A stretch of 64,000 nucleotides of DNA from Dicyema japonicum. Its lineage: Eukaryota; Animalia; Dicyemida. The notes beneath the pieces are model-generated. The model was not told where the DNA came from and made no database searches. It saw nothing but the letters and a program-made list of their open reading frames with translations. The position numbers were made by a program, and so were the translations under genes. Position 1 is the first letter of the stretch. Each line of letters starts with the position of its first letter. The stretch spans positions 494,558 through 558,557 of the forward strand of contig RDEW01000013.1 in the NCBI GenBank assembly GCA_011109175.1. The letters run 5' to 3'. This document shows positions 28,101-40,104 of the stretch, in pieces.

Positions 28101-30305
28101 GCTCTGCGAACATCCTGACTAGTAAATAGGGTCCAGTCATCGGAGCGTTTCGGTTCAATTTTTTTCAGGAATACTTGGTGTTCTTTTGAAAACTTCTTTG
28201 TTTTAGATAGACGCATAATATTTTTCAGAGTGTCTGGTTTTATGTAGACTTCGACTTTTCTCTCTGGGGAGGATCTTTTGATGTTCTTGATCCACTTCCA
28301 CACTATCTGCATTGGGGGGTTTTGCAGAGAGCCTTTGATAGTCTCGTCCATCTATTTGAATTTTCTTCCTTTATGTTGTTGTCGATCTCTTTGTTCAATT
28401 TTTGTATTTTTTTAATGTTCTCTTCTGTTGGCGATTTTACCATCTTTAGATTATTTCGTTCTCTGATCAGATGTTTCGTCGTTGTGTTGAAAAGTTTTGA
28501 TAATGTAGGTTGTCTCCCCATATGAATGTACTTCCTTTTCGCAGCGTTTATGGTTGTGAACTATTTACTAATTGTTCGACGGAGGGAGGAGTGGGAAAAT
28601 TTAATAGTCCAATACAATTATCGACGTAATCCTTAAATCTTTTCCAATTCGCAAGGCTGTAATTAGTTATCTTTGGACATTGTCCTTTTATCCGTTACCT
28701 CGTTTTGACCTCCAAAAATATTGGATTGTGGTCACTCCTGGGGTTATATTTCACTGACCAGTAAATAAGAGGGGTCAAGGACGGTGATGACAGTGAGATG
28801 TTCGCATTGAAGTCACCACAGATAATCACATCCTTCAGTGATGCGAGTGGAGTGAGTCTGGAAGCACTGGACGAGCAGAAACTCAACGGTGGGAGATATG
28901 CGTTGACAAGTATTATTGATAGTCTTGGGAATCCTACTTTGGTAACCAAAAGTCGAGATTTCCACATCCTTTAAGCATAGTGTAGGCACTGTTAGTTAAG
29001 TTCTCAAACGGAATGCCGCGAAAAACCCCCACCAAGTTTGCAAATTCTGTTACGGCGAATTACTGTGAATCCCGGAAATACTGGTGTTGAGTTCTTCGTG
29101 AAAAATTAGACTCTTGAATTAGCAACATGTCGATGTGATTTTCTTTCACAAATGTCCGAAGTTCGAGTATCTTGTTCTTGATTTCATTTACGTTGAGTTG
29201 GACTATTCTGACTGGTCCAGGGTTTGCCTTAATGTTTCCGAAGCGGCGCAGGTCTTCCTTATTAGTCCACCTGTGAAGATAGAGGAAAAAGTGGTTCTTT
29301 TTTTCTAATGCCACCGCGTCGTCGGCGAGCCACATGACATTTTTTTACTTCGCATTGTTTTTAATGCCTTCGATTTTCTATATTTTAGTTATTGTTTCGT
29401 TCTTTAATATTTAACGTGCAGCTTTTCTTATTTTCTAATTGATGACTGTTCTTTCCTTTGTACTGCTGTTTCGTATTTTTGTCATCTGTATTTATACATT
29501 TTTGCTGATTAGCAAAGAGTTTCAAAGCGGTTCTTTCTTCAGTGGGTGTGTTAGTTACATAGTCCTCTTTTAGATATATATCCACAGCAAACATGGTCTT
29601 ATGTTTGACCAAGGTCCAATTTGCGGTGCCAAATCTATTGATATTTCTTCCAATCCCTCATCCAGGTATTTTCTAAATTCCTTTCCCTGGATAGTATTGT
29701 TCTTTAGGTGGTCTATAACGTATCCCTTCCCCCGAAGTTTTGTGTGTCCATTGCACTTTCTTTTCATCTCTTGCAAACCCATAAGTTTCTTTAAGGACAT
29801 TTTGGCAATAACCATCTTGTGATCGTTGTCAATTATAGACCCTCCATAAGCACGGGCATCAGTGACAATACCGTAGTCTTTTTGTCTGCAAATAATGCGC
29901 AATGCTTCCGTCAGACTTGGTTCTATTGCCTGACCAAATTGTCCTGTGTTTTGCCGAGTGCATAAATGCCGGGTTACAAAGGAATAGGTTATTTTCCTTG
30001 ACAAAAACTGGCTAACAAGGTTCTTGCAATGTTTTTTTTCCTCTTCCATGTCTTCCAATGAATGATTTTTCAATAGTGATTCGATTTCCAACTTTTGCAT
30101 TAAGATCACCAAATTGGAATATGAATACAACTCTGGGATTTGGGGAATCTCTAAACGGGAAATGGACCTCTTTGATCCATCCACTATGTGGAGCATATGC
30201 GTTAATAATAGTAAGATAACTTTTCGGAAAATTATGATCGTCCAATGCTATTTGTAAAATCCCAATCCTTTCATTGATAGTCCAGTGACAGTATATGTGC
30301 TTGAC
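25150..30305 (-). mobile_element. RTE-clade LINE (APE+RT, degraded) split by a full-length Vingi-like insertion
   Basis: APE: INAYAPH, GDLNAKVG, DNDHKMV. RT: ENLRPVVL, QSGFRKGR, GTPQG, YADD, WRLFGH. The reading continues across the TSD at 26748-26759 / 29347-29358. Confidence 0.88.
26760..29346 (-). mobile_element. Full-length (both ends intact) Ingi/Vingi-like LINE: 5' pseudoknot with ATG, 2A-like peptide, APE, RT, 3' hairpin, (TAA)n
   Basis: 12-bp TSD ACTTTGCATTGT / ACTTCGCATTGT. ORF start MWL...FGNIKANPGP-VRIVQLN...LIQES, then ICGDFNA, SDHNPI, AKGPDNI, SYRPIS, GVPQGSPLSP, SYADD, PKILGVTFD. No ORF1 and no RNase H visible. Confidence 0.9.
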
Positions 30306-30312
30306 TAGGTAA

Positions 30313-30395
30313 ATTAACTGTTCTTTACTTAAATAAAGTGTGTGTCCTGCCTATGCGGAGCTATAAATACTATGGCTCTCGTGAAAAGGCTTTAA
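30313..30395 (+). mobile_element. SINE 3' tail fragment
   Basis: AACTGTTCTTTACTTAAATAAAGTGTGTGTCCTGCCTATGCGGAGCTATAAATACTATGGCTCTCGTGAAAAGGC. Confidence 0.75.
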
Positions 30396-30404
30396 AAAAA
30401 GTAT

Positions 30405-30451
30405 CTCGCGAATCCTTTGGGGGTCTGCGGATCACAGGTTGAGAACCACTG
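30405..30451. mobile_element. Solo Buster/Charlie hAT terminus
   Basis: CACAGGTTGAGAACCACTG followed by an NNNTANNN site (ATTTAAGT). Confidence 0.65.
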
Positions 30452-30710
30452 ATTTAAGTAAAGAACAATTAATTTTAACTAATCGTAGAACCAAGGAATT
30501 ATCTTCACATCTTTTTTTCTTTTTCTTGTGTGTGGGTCCTTTCTAGACAATCCAGTTCCGCAGTGAATATCCACTAATGACGGCGTCACTTGTCAAACCC
30601 TTTTAGCATCATAGATGCGTGGAACCTTCCACCATGTGAACAGTAGCGAAAATCGAACCTGTAACCTAAGTCACTTTAGCCCAACATCTAACCATTATGC
30701 CATTCGGCTA
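30452..30710 (-). mobile_element. tRNA-derived SINE copy
   Basis: Colinear with 6990-7250; A/B box-like head TGGCATAATGG...GGTTCGATT. Confidence 0.85.
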
Positions 30711-30849
30711 TGAATAGTTAGTCTATTTAAAAAATATTGACGTCTATAATATATCGAGTTTTTATTGTTTGACTCTATGAAATAAATAAAAAATATAATT
30801 AAAATAATTAATTAACACGGCCATCCATCCAAAGGATTTAAACCCATCA

Positions 30850-31456
30850 GATCTGATAGAGTCACTGATATAGATGTTTTGATGAGATGTTAACCAGAAA
30901 CATGGAAACTCTCATTTTTGGCAATAATCATTGCAATTTTATAAGATGTAATTAGTCCTCCTAAATATAATTTAAAATAACAACAACTAATGTTTCTTTC
31001 ATTACTATTTGTAAAAACAGTTTCAATCGTTTTTTGTTTACGAAAAGAATCCTTTAATTATTCAAAATACTCTAATGGTTTATATTTTTATCCAATGTTT
31101 TCTCCTAAGACGATCCAACAATTTGGACAGTTTCATTGCATCATTTGATAATGACTTATTACACAGTAAACAATATGGTCTTTTATCAAAAGAATTTTTG
31201 ATAAATCCAAATGCCAAATATTCATTTTTATATTGACGAATTTTTAATGTAGAAGGACGACTCATACACGAACAAAAACAAGCATAGTAATTTTAAAAAT
31301 TTTAAAGAACAAAGGTTTACCACTTTAAAAATAAACTAACTTAATTTAAAATGAAAAAAAATTAAATATATTAAATTTATTTTCGACCCCTCACGATCGA
31401 TCTGGATTGATTTTAGACCCCTGGGGGTCGAATCGACCACAGGTTGAGAACCGCTG
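30850..31456 (-). mobile_element. Buster/Charlie hAT 5' portion (BED finger)
   Basis: TIR CAGCGGTTCTCAACC ending at 31456 next to CTCTAAAG. ORF RQYKNEYLAFGF...PYCLLCNKSLSNDAMKLSKL. Confidence 0.85.
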
Positions 31457-31499
31457 CTCTAAAGCATGCTAATTGAACACAAACACGGGATGAAGGTTT

Positions 31500-32125
31500 C
31501 TGATTAAGAGTACACCTTTGCTATGTCTCAACTTGTGGAACTGGACAACAAATCAGTTAACAAAACTGGTCAATTCATCTCAGTAGGCCTGAATATCTCA
31601 AAATCACACGAGAAAACCGTGCTGATCTCTGGATCAAGAGAAAGTTTTTGACTCAGTATCCCGGAAGATCCTTACGGCAAAAATTTTTATTTCGTGATTG
31701 CAGTGAATCCTGGATCCTCTCCTTTCACTCACTCATCAGTGGACCTGGTAACCGTGAGAACCTAAAAGAAAATTGGAATTCTCAAAGTTTTTACGCTCTT
31801 TTAGTATCTTCCTGCCCATCATTAGAGCTTCTATACAAACAATTTGTTCTACCGAGTATCGAATACGCCTGTGTTGCATGGATTGCACAGAGCAAGCTGG
31901 AAGTGTTACAAAATAGATGTCTCAGAATATTATTGAGATCGTCAAAAGACGTCCAATTCGTTACTACGGAGTAAACTAAACGCCACCGGGCTTCCCTTAA
32001 GATGGCAAAGTCCACTAACCATCGGCTCGGGCCGGACATCAAAAAAGGACTGGTATGGACACCTGGATCACTTAAATATACGATAACTACTATCCTCTTT
32101 TTCGTGATTTCGGGGTTAAAAAATT
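31500..32125 (+). mobile_element. Vingi-like 3' portion
   Basis: LLYKQFVLPSIEYACVAW...LEVLQNRCLRIL; terminal GGATCACTTAA...GTGATTTCGGGG hairpin. Confidence 0.75.
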
Positions 32126-32596
32126 AAACTGACAGCTCGACTCTGCCAAACATTGGAAATTAAAGAAATACTCAGGAATCGGAAATCGGTTTCGATTTGT
32201 TCCAATCTCCTTTGATATTAGTAAACGATTCATCAATGAAATTTGTAATGGAATTGTGACGCGACTCCGAAATCCCCGTGAACTAAGATAGATATTAAAA
32301 TCACTTGGAGCTTGATTTGTATCAATTGCTTAAATATTGAGTTACAAAACTTATGTGCATTTAATTGGATACTAATCATTTAATTAAAATCCATAATTAT
32401 TTTCCTTTGTCCAATTTATTTTTTAAGGATGTGCATTCTTCTCTTTGGAGTTTTGTTGGGAATGTTATATTTGAGGCCACATTTATCAATAATTCCATCT
32501 GTTTATTATACATAAAAGTACTCATTCACTTGTTATCTCAATATGCTCTCCTTTAATTATATAAATTTGTAGTAATTTTCATTATCAGATTCAAGA

Positions 32597-33524
32597 ATGA
32601 TTATAATAGTTTTATTACTGAATTTTATGAAAACAGGTTATTTTACTATTAATTTGGAGAAAGCCATGAAATGCGATGGAAATGCCGAATGGACAAGTGC
32701 TACTACTATCATTCAACTCCCTTAAATTATGAGAATGCAAAGTCTTTCTGTGAAAGCTATGGAATGAATTTGGTTACAATCACAAACGAGGAAGAAAATA
32801 ATTTAATTCACGGTACTATTACTAGTAATTGACAGGGATTGTTGAGAATATTAATATAAACGTGTGGATTAACTACAATTCAGTTATTTCACTAATTAAA
32901 TTATAGGGCGGATACTCAAGCTGGCAAGAACACCAAGTTAACAGTGATGGCTGCACAGTCATGAATGAATGTGCTAAATGGGAAAATATTGATTGCATCA
33001 AATCAAGAGCAACTATTTGCCAAGTTCCGAGTATATTCTTTGATGTATGTTTTAGGGGAGAGAGTTGTGTGCAACTGTTTAGGCTCCACCTCAGGATATT
33101 GTTACTTGTATTTCAAGAATGGAACGGGGGTAAGTACCTCATCCAATAGATGTACTCAAATTTCCTCAACATTGTTGGTTGTGGAGAATGAGGCAGAGAA
33201 CAACTTCATTTATGGTACTAATGATTATTATTATGATACTTTTATGGCATCAACCACGGAAAATGTAATTTTGGGAATTCAAAATGTAAACAATAATTAC
33301 GTCTCCTTGACCAATAAACAAACTGTTAGCTTTTTGCATTAATTACAGTCATATTTCAATTGGGGACGGTATGAGCCAATATACTACAAATGTGCTGAGA
33401 TTAAAAAATGTGGGTATTGGAGATCTGTGGAGTGTAGTGAGAGACGCGATTACATTTGCAAAATCGAAGGTATAATATTACTAATATAGCCACCTACGGT
33501 GAATTATGCAATGCACATCAATGA
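32597..33524 (+). CDS. Secreted protein with two tandem C-type lectin-like domains
   Basis: Signal-like MIIIVLLLNFMKTES. CTLD1: KCYYY...AKSFCESYGMNLVTITNEEEN...VWI...C...KWENIDC...IC. CTLD2: YCYLYF...CTQISSTLLVVENEAEN...LGI...YFNWGRYEP...CAEI...WRSVEC...YICK. Introns 20-25 nt. Confidence 0.85.
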
Positions 33525-33597
33525 TTAATAAAACTAATAATATTAATAAACTAATTTCCTTCATTAAATTAATATTTTCTAATAAAATTAGTTTATT

Positions 33598-34082
33598 TTA
33601 AAAATCATCTTCATTCTTTTGCATTCTCTATTAATATTTTCAATATAAATACTTTTTTAAGAGTTATCCTTTCATTGTCCCACAAATACATTACATTACT
33701 TGTAATTTTGTCATTTTTATATTGCTTAAAATAATTTGTCTTTAATACTTTTTTCTACTATATTAAATATAAACTTACTAAAATAGAACAATGATTAGTC
33801 GATATATACAAATTTGATTCATCATTTAAGTTAGTTATGGAAGATCGTTTCAATTCAATGTTATTTGCCCAATATTTTGTACAATCGAATAAAACAATAT
33901 CTCCTTGGTTTACCCGTTCTATTCCACTTAAAATAATAATAAACTAAACTTTAAATGAGATTTTTTAAACTTATAAGTACATCCATAATCTAAGCTGTAA
34001 TGTCATATTATACTTTATACCATTTAATACAACCAAATTTACCAATATTATTATAAAACATTACACAACCTAATACTTTCAT
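33598..34082 (-). CDS. Small divergent cold-shock-domain (OB-fold) protein with a basic tail
   Basis: Spliced MKVLGCVMFYNNIGKFGCIK...YKFKKSHLNGIERVNQGDIVLFDCTKYWANNIEL follows the CSD pattern G.V.(W/F)(F/Y)N...FG.I...F..S.I.G...L..G..V.F...A.NV. Four short GT-AG introns give an open frame to TAA at 33598. Confidence 0.6.
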
Positions 34083-34214
34083 TAATTTAAATTAATTAAT
34101 TAAATAACAAATTATTGACTCAATAACTTATAACAACTCTTTTAATATTACCACTTCTACTTCATCTTCGCCAACTGTTGACTGAATGATGGAAGTTACT
34201 GACCGTCACAAAAC

Positions 34215-34530
34215 TTTCGCTCCTCTTTATCCTCGGTTGACAGACAAGAGGCCTGAAAGTCCCTAGTTCAAATCCTGATGCTGTACATTCGGATGAAGAC
34301 TCCACGCATTTTAATGCTCTGACTTGATGAGTTACGACGTCATCAGTGAACATTTCACTCCGAAATCGGATTGTCTACATACATAAACCCAATAAAAAGA
34401 AAAAAAGAAGTAAAGAGCATTTGTTGGCTCTCCCTCATAGATTAGTTATAATAACTGTTCTTTACTTAAATAAAGTGCGTATCCTGCCTGAGCGAAGTTA
34501 TAGATAATATGCCTCCACGTATAAGTGCAG
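34215..34530 (+). mobile_element. Diverged tRNA-derived SINE copy
   Basis: B-box-like AGTTCAAATCC, core GACGTCATCAGTGAACATTTCACTCC, tail AACTGTTCTTTACTTAAATAAAGTG. Confidence 0.7.
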
Positions 34531-34759
34531 TTCAGTTAATCCTCATATGAACATCAGACAGGACCTCGGGTCTGTTTCTGCATAAAACACTATTCCTCCA
34601 AACTTGCTGAATTACAAGCGATTCAAAATGTCTTAATCTGTGGTGATCTGAATGTCAAAGATCCGCTTTGACTAACTGGTCAAGAATACAATGATAGGAG
34701 TAGTAGGTCAATTTTCCCAATAAAATGCCATTTTCTTCAGTGAAGGGTCAATTTTCATT

Positions 34760-36400
34760 AATCAGAATGGTGATCGTGATTCGCTCAAATAACCAACAGC
34801 GCTCACGAGGGTTCCGTGTAAAATCCGATAGACGACTTAGAACGAACAAAAAATCATTAAATAGAACCGTGTACCTTGGCAATTTCATCTCTCGGTCATC
34901 TTAGTGGCAGAACAGGCTCCAGATGTACTCAGGAGAAGGTTGCATGGGGCAAACATGTCGTTGCAGGTGACGTCTCAAACAAGAGGTTTCCCGGCTTCAA
35001 AGTGAAAGATTTTATCCTATCTGGTTGTTTTCCGCCACACCTGCAAAGACCGACTGGTTTGAGCATGGAGAGGTGTCCGGCGGCGTCTAAAGCTTGTTCA
35101 AGGCCATGTATTCTTTTTGCAGAAAAGAGGGTGTAGGTCAAAACAGTCGATCTGATCTCCACACGGATGTGCAACAGAGACTTTTAATCCCAGTCGTAAT
35201 GAGATCCCAATACGGACGCATTCATCATCCAGGAAGGTACCCAAAACTCCACTGGGAATTGCTTTGAGCCAGGTACCGCTCTCGGAAGACTCCCTCGACA
35301 ACAAACAGGCACAGCGATGTTGGCTAGATGACACTACCAAATCTTCGAAAGAATTCCGGCATATATCACCGTCCAGGCTCCACTGATAGAACGGGAAAGG
35401 CATGAAAAGCTGATAAATACGACTCCAGGCTTCACGAGCATGGCCAGAGTCCTGGCCAATATAGAATTCAGAAAGGAAGTTTAAATCTTCTTGACAAGGG
35501 CATACAAGCCATTAGCGACGAGAGATATACAGGGAAAGAAACGTCTAAAGGGTTGCGAATTCCAAGCCTTTTGAGTTTCACTGGCAGTGTGGCTTGCTTC
35601 CATGAGTAATCCTCGAACCGGACGTTAAAGATATGCTGTAGAACGGAAGATCTCGTCAATCTGTTCGAGTTGATCACACTGAGTAAAATATGGAACAGTC
35701 ATCAGAACATGTGCAAGTCTCTGTACGTTGAGACTGTTTTTCAGGATGTTTGGTGATTTTCTCTGTTGCAAGACAAAACAATGGGATCCAATGAGATTTT
35801 CCTGTATACGAAGGAATTAAGTAGTCGCAAAAAGTAAGAACGAAGGTAGGCTGTATGACTGATCTAAAAATTCGAAAATATTAGGGTATCTCTCAATACA
35901 CGCCTCCAGGATATTGTCCCTCCTTAGACTATTGAAGACATTCTTGTTCCTCCCATAAAAGAACGAATGTTGGTCCTCGTGGTGGTAGGAAAGACTCCTT
36001 TCCGTGACCATCTCGATCCAGTTCCAGTGCAGAAGGCGCAAAACTGAATAAACGCACCCAATCTCGTACTTCGTTAGTCCGGGGGCATCTTCGATCGTTT
36101 TGGAAAGGACTTCCGCAGCTTTAGGTCGTATGGCCCTGAGAATCCTCACAAGGATATTCCGCGAAAAACGTAACTCAGATATGAGGCGTAAGAATGTTTC
36201 TTGGTAATTAACGGAAGAGTTAACAGTGGCGCGCGCACGGGAAACCTCTCTGCATAGACCGAGACACGACTGGCAGTGTCATACTCCAAGCAAGCTCGCT
36301 GCGGCTTGGGATAGCTTGATACACCCGAAATAGGAGAAATCTTTACAAGCAGAGCAAGAGATATTACGCTTCCGAGTTTTGACTAGCCGACAGGATGACA
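34760..36400 (-). mobile_element. CRE-clade RLE non-LTR retrotransposon, degraded
   Basis: NVFNSLRRD, WKQATLPVKLKRLGIR, SGTWLKAIPSGVLGTFLDD...LRLG, KPVGLCRCGGKQPD. Confidence 0.85.
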
Positions 36401-37805
36401 AATCTCAGATGGCTTGGCCGGTAAATTATTCCTCGAAGTGGGAACATTCTTTTTAGGTGCTTTTCTCACAACAGTCATAATATATAAAATATTTAACACG
36501 TGTAAGAATACTAATCCTCGTTATTACACATTGAAAAACATCAAAATTTACATTAAGAGAACTATATTGGTCATTGAAGACAGATTTTGTGTTCTTATCT
36601 GGTTTCCAAATTTTTAACTTATTTGTAAAACTATATTTTCTGAAACTATTTACCTGAGTCTGATTTCTTTTAATAATGAAACCACATAGAAGTATTCTTG
36701 CTATTAATTTCGCTTCAACCGCAGTCCTGGAAGTTGCCTGATAAACTTTGCTGTGCTAGGGCAGAGCATATTAAAGATATGTTTGTTTGACTTGGAAGCA
36801 GATCACTGACCTGTTGAACTGTATTAGATCGCTTGTTTCACGGTTAAGAAAAAAATATTGGAGAATGGAGCTGGCTTATTGAGAATCTTCGTGGAAAATG
36901 GGTTTTCAGTTCTGATACTGGCCAGCCTTTAATGAAAAGAACTTTTTGTAATTATTAAATGTTTGTGTAGTTAAAAAAATTCTTTATCAAAGTTTATCTA
37001 ATTACTATGCTGCTTAGTGCAGTATTGAATGAGCTACTGAGAAGCTCAAAAAATTTCGAAAAGAAAGAAATTTTAATAAAAAATTAATGTAAAAAATAAC
37101 CTAATCATGTTTTATAATAAATAAAAAACTACTTTGTGGATTTATAAATTTTCCGATAGTTATATTACAAAAACAGAAATTTCCATGTATGGAAAATGCA
37201 AAGAAGAATTTTATGTCCAAATTAAGATAGTTAAATCATTTCCCCGAGGTGGAAGGAAACCCACACAGAAGATTCCTTATAAGTTGCTTAAAAAGGATGT
37301 TCTTACTACATTAAATGCAGTGATATCAAATTATGTGTCATCATCCCCGCCAACGGACATGAATGAGATTACTGACATTGTTTATGCTGCACAATGCGCA
37401 TATGAAAATTTGACAAAGAAGCAATCAGTAAAAAGCTGTTGGAGGGAAAACGTGGAGAAGAGAATTTCAAAAATCAAAGAAAATTGTGCCTTAGTCTATG
37501 GGTGTACTGGGAAGCAGTCAAGGGAAGAAAAGGAGAAAACGCTAATGTTTTATGCTCGTTTGGATACAAGAAATCAAAGAAGGGAAAACTGAAAAAGAAC
37601 TCTACCCTAACTGAAAACAAATCAAGATCGTGGAGAAAAAAATCTCAATTCGTGAATCAAGAAAATCCTTTAGACGAGATAATTTTTGTTTTGAGCTGAA
37701 CAAGATGAGGTTTTATCGGAGGCTCAACGATGACGTCAATAATAGTGATTGTAAAGTTACAGAAAATGAGTGCGTGTCATTTTGGAATGATGTATGGGAA
37801 AAAGA

Positions 37806-40104
37806 GGTTCCCATTCAAAACGGCCTCCATTCAAAATGGCCTCCAATAAAATTTCTCAGGTTTTGGATACGTTCATCAATAGACATCACGAGATATTTTA
37901 CCAAGGTCCTCGACATCTTTAGGTAAAAGAGTCATCTTTTTATATCTTATAAAAATTGATTTTTCCAAGGTCCTCGACATCTTTAGGTAAAAAAGTCATC
38001 TTTTTTAAATCTTATAAAAATTGATTTTAAGGGGTCCTATGGGTAAGTGGAACAATTTACCAAGGTCCTCGACATCTTTAGGTGAAAAAGTCATCTTTTT
38101 GAAATCTTATAAAAATTGATTTTAACAGGTCCTATGGGTAAGTGGAACAATTTACCAAGGTCCTCGACATCTTTAGGTAAACATTTATTTTTTTTAAATA
38201 TTTTTATTTAAATTTAAAATGAAAGATTTATTTTCAAAAGGAAAAATAGAAAATAATTATAAATGTAATACATCACTCACGGCCTGCGAACCTTTGGTCA
38301 GGAGGATTCTACACTCCCCACCCGAATTCTCAACTGACCAAGAGATAATCCACGCACGAGAAGCCTGGAATGCCACCAACCTCCCCCTGCCTCCTTCCCA
38401 AGATCGCCAGCGAAACCTGGACAACTTATTATGCTGGAAATCATTTGGACTCCTACTAGAATCTGCCAATCAGCACCGACGCGCTTGTTTGCTTTCGGGG
38501 GCTTCCCCTAAGAGCGGAGCTTGGCTAAACGCCATCCCCAATGGAGCTTTGGGCACTTTTCTGGATGATGAATCCGTTAGAACTGGTATCTCTCTGCGGC
38601 TGGGACTAAAAGTATGTGTACCTCACCCGTGCCGATGTGGCATCCTAATAGACTGCTATGGCCTGCACCCTCTCGCCTGCAGGAGGAGCGCGGCAGATCC
38701 CCAAGGCACAAGGCTCTGAATGAAATTGTCAGGCGAGCTATGGATACTGCTGGATACTCGGCCATTCTTGAACCGGTCGGGTTATGCAGAAGTGACGGGA
38801 AACGACCGGACGGGATGACCATATTTCCATTTGAGGTCGGGAAACCACTGGTTTGGGATGTGACATGTACAGACACGTTCGCCCAGAAAAATCTTCACGA
38901 GAGTGCTACAAGGGCCTGTTCAGCATCCGTAAAGGCGGAGAAGGCCAAACTCGTTAAATACGTCGACCTTCCCGATGATGTCAAATTTGTTCCCCTTGCT
39001 ATGGAGACTTCCGGATCCTACTCCCCCTCTACACTCGAGTTTTTCGGACGTCTTGGAAACCGGATCACCTCATGCACTGGAGATCTCCGCGAACGCCGCT
39101 GGCTATTTGAGCGAATTTCGCTCGCAATTTTGAGAGGGAACAGCCACGCGGTGAGGGCGGCAACTACCTGACTTCTATTGTTTAAAATTTAAAATAAAAT
39201 TTATTTTAAAAAAAAAATGTTATAGAATATATATTCAATTTAATTGAATATCGGATCCAAGTTAAGTAACATTTGTTCTTAAACAAATCTCAATGTATTC
39301 TCAGATAAAGCGATATATTTAGTTTTTCTAAGAATTCTCCATTTCGTAATCTTAAGAATTTTATCATTATGCTTTCTTCTTTTATCAATTTCTTAACAAA
39401 ATTTCTTGGAATCTTGTTTAGTGTCCAAATGTACTTCTAAAAACGTTGTGCCAGCCTCCAATTGAGATATGGACCTTGGAAAAAATGTTCCATTACCCAT
39501 CGGACCCGTTAAAATCAATTTTTATAAGATTTAAAAAAATGACTCTTTTACCTAAAGATGTCGAGGACCTTAGCAAAATGTTCCACTTACCCATAGGACC
39601 CGTTAAAATCAATTTTTATAAGATTTAAAAAAGATGATTTTTTACCTAAAGATGTCGAGGACCTTAGCAAAATGTTCTACTTACTCATAGGACCCGTTAA
39701 AATCAATTTTTATAAGATTTAAAAAAGATGACTATTTTACCTAAAGATGTCGAGGACCTTGGTAAAATCAATTTTTATAAGATTTAAAAAAGATGATTTT
39801 TTACCTAAAGATGTCGAGGACCTTAGCAAAATGTTCCACTTACCCATAGGACCCGTTAAAATCAATTTTTATAAGATTTAAAAAAGATGATTTTTTACCT
39901 AAAGATGTCGAGGACCTTGGTAAAATCAATTTTTATAAGATTTAAAAAAGATGAATTTTTTACCTAAAGATGTCGTTTCGCTAAAATCTCGTGATGTTTA
40001 TTAATGAACTTATCCAAAACCTGAAAAAATTAATTGGAGGCCATTTTGAATGGAGTCCGTTTTGAATGGAGGCCATTTTGAAAGAGGCCATTTTGAATGG
40101 ACAC
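37806..40104. mobile_element. Mutator-like foldback element with long TIRs built of tandem subrepeats
   Basis: 9-bp TSD GGAAAAAGA at 37797-37805 and 40105-40113. Terminal 16-nt GGCCATTTTGAATGGA repeats. Inverted arrays of ~60/85-bp units containing AAGGTCCTCGACATCTTTAGGT (37890-38180 vs 39470-39980). Confidence 0.88.
38270..39220 (+). mobile_element. CRE-clade 3' fragment (CCHC + RLE) with poly(A), inside the foldback element
   Basis: SGAWLNAIP...CRCG...DCYGLHPLAC...RHKALNEIV...DGKRPDG...WDVTCTDT...FVPLAMETSG...ISLAILRGN; A-tail near 39208-39217. Confidence 0.92.

Noticed and set aside
39470-39980. Regularly spaced repeats resembling a CRISPR array
   Set aside because: The spacers are themselves repeated, the array is mirrored at 37890-38180 as a TIR arm, and the context is eukaryotic.
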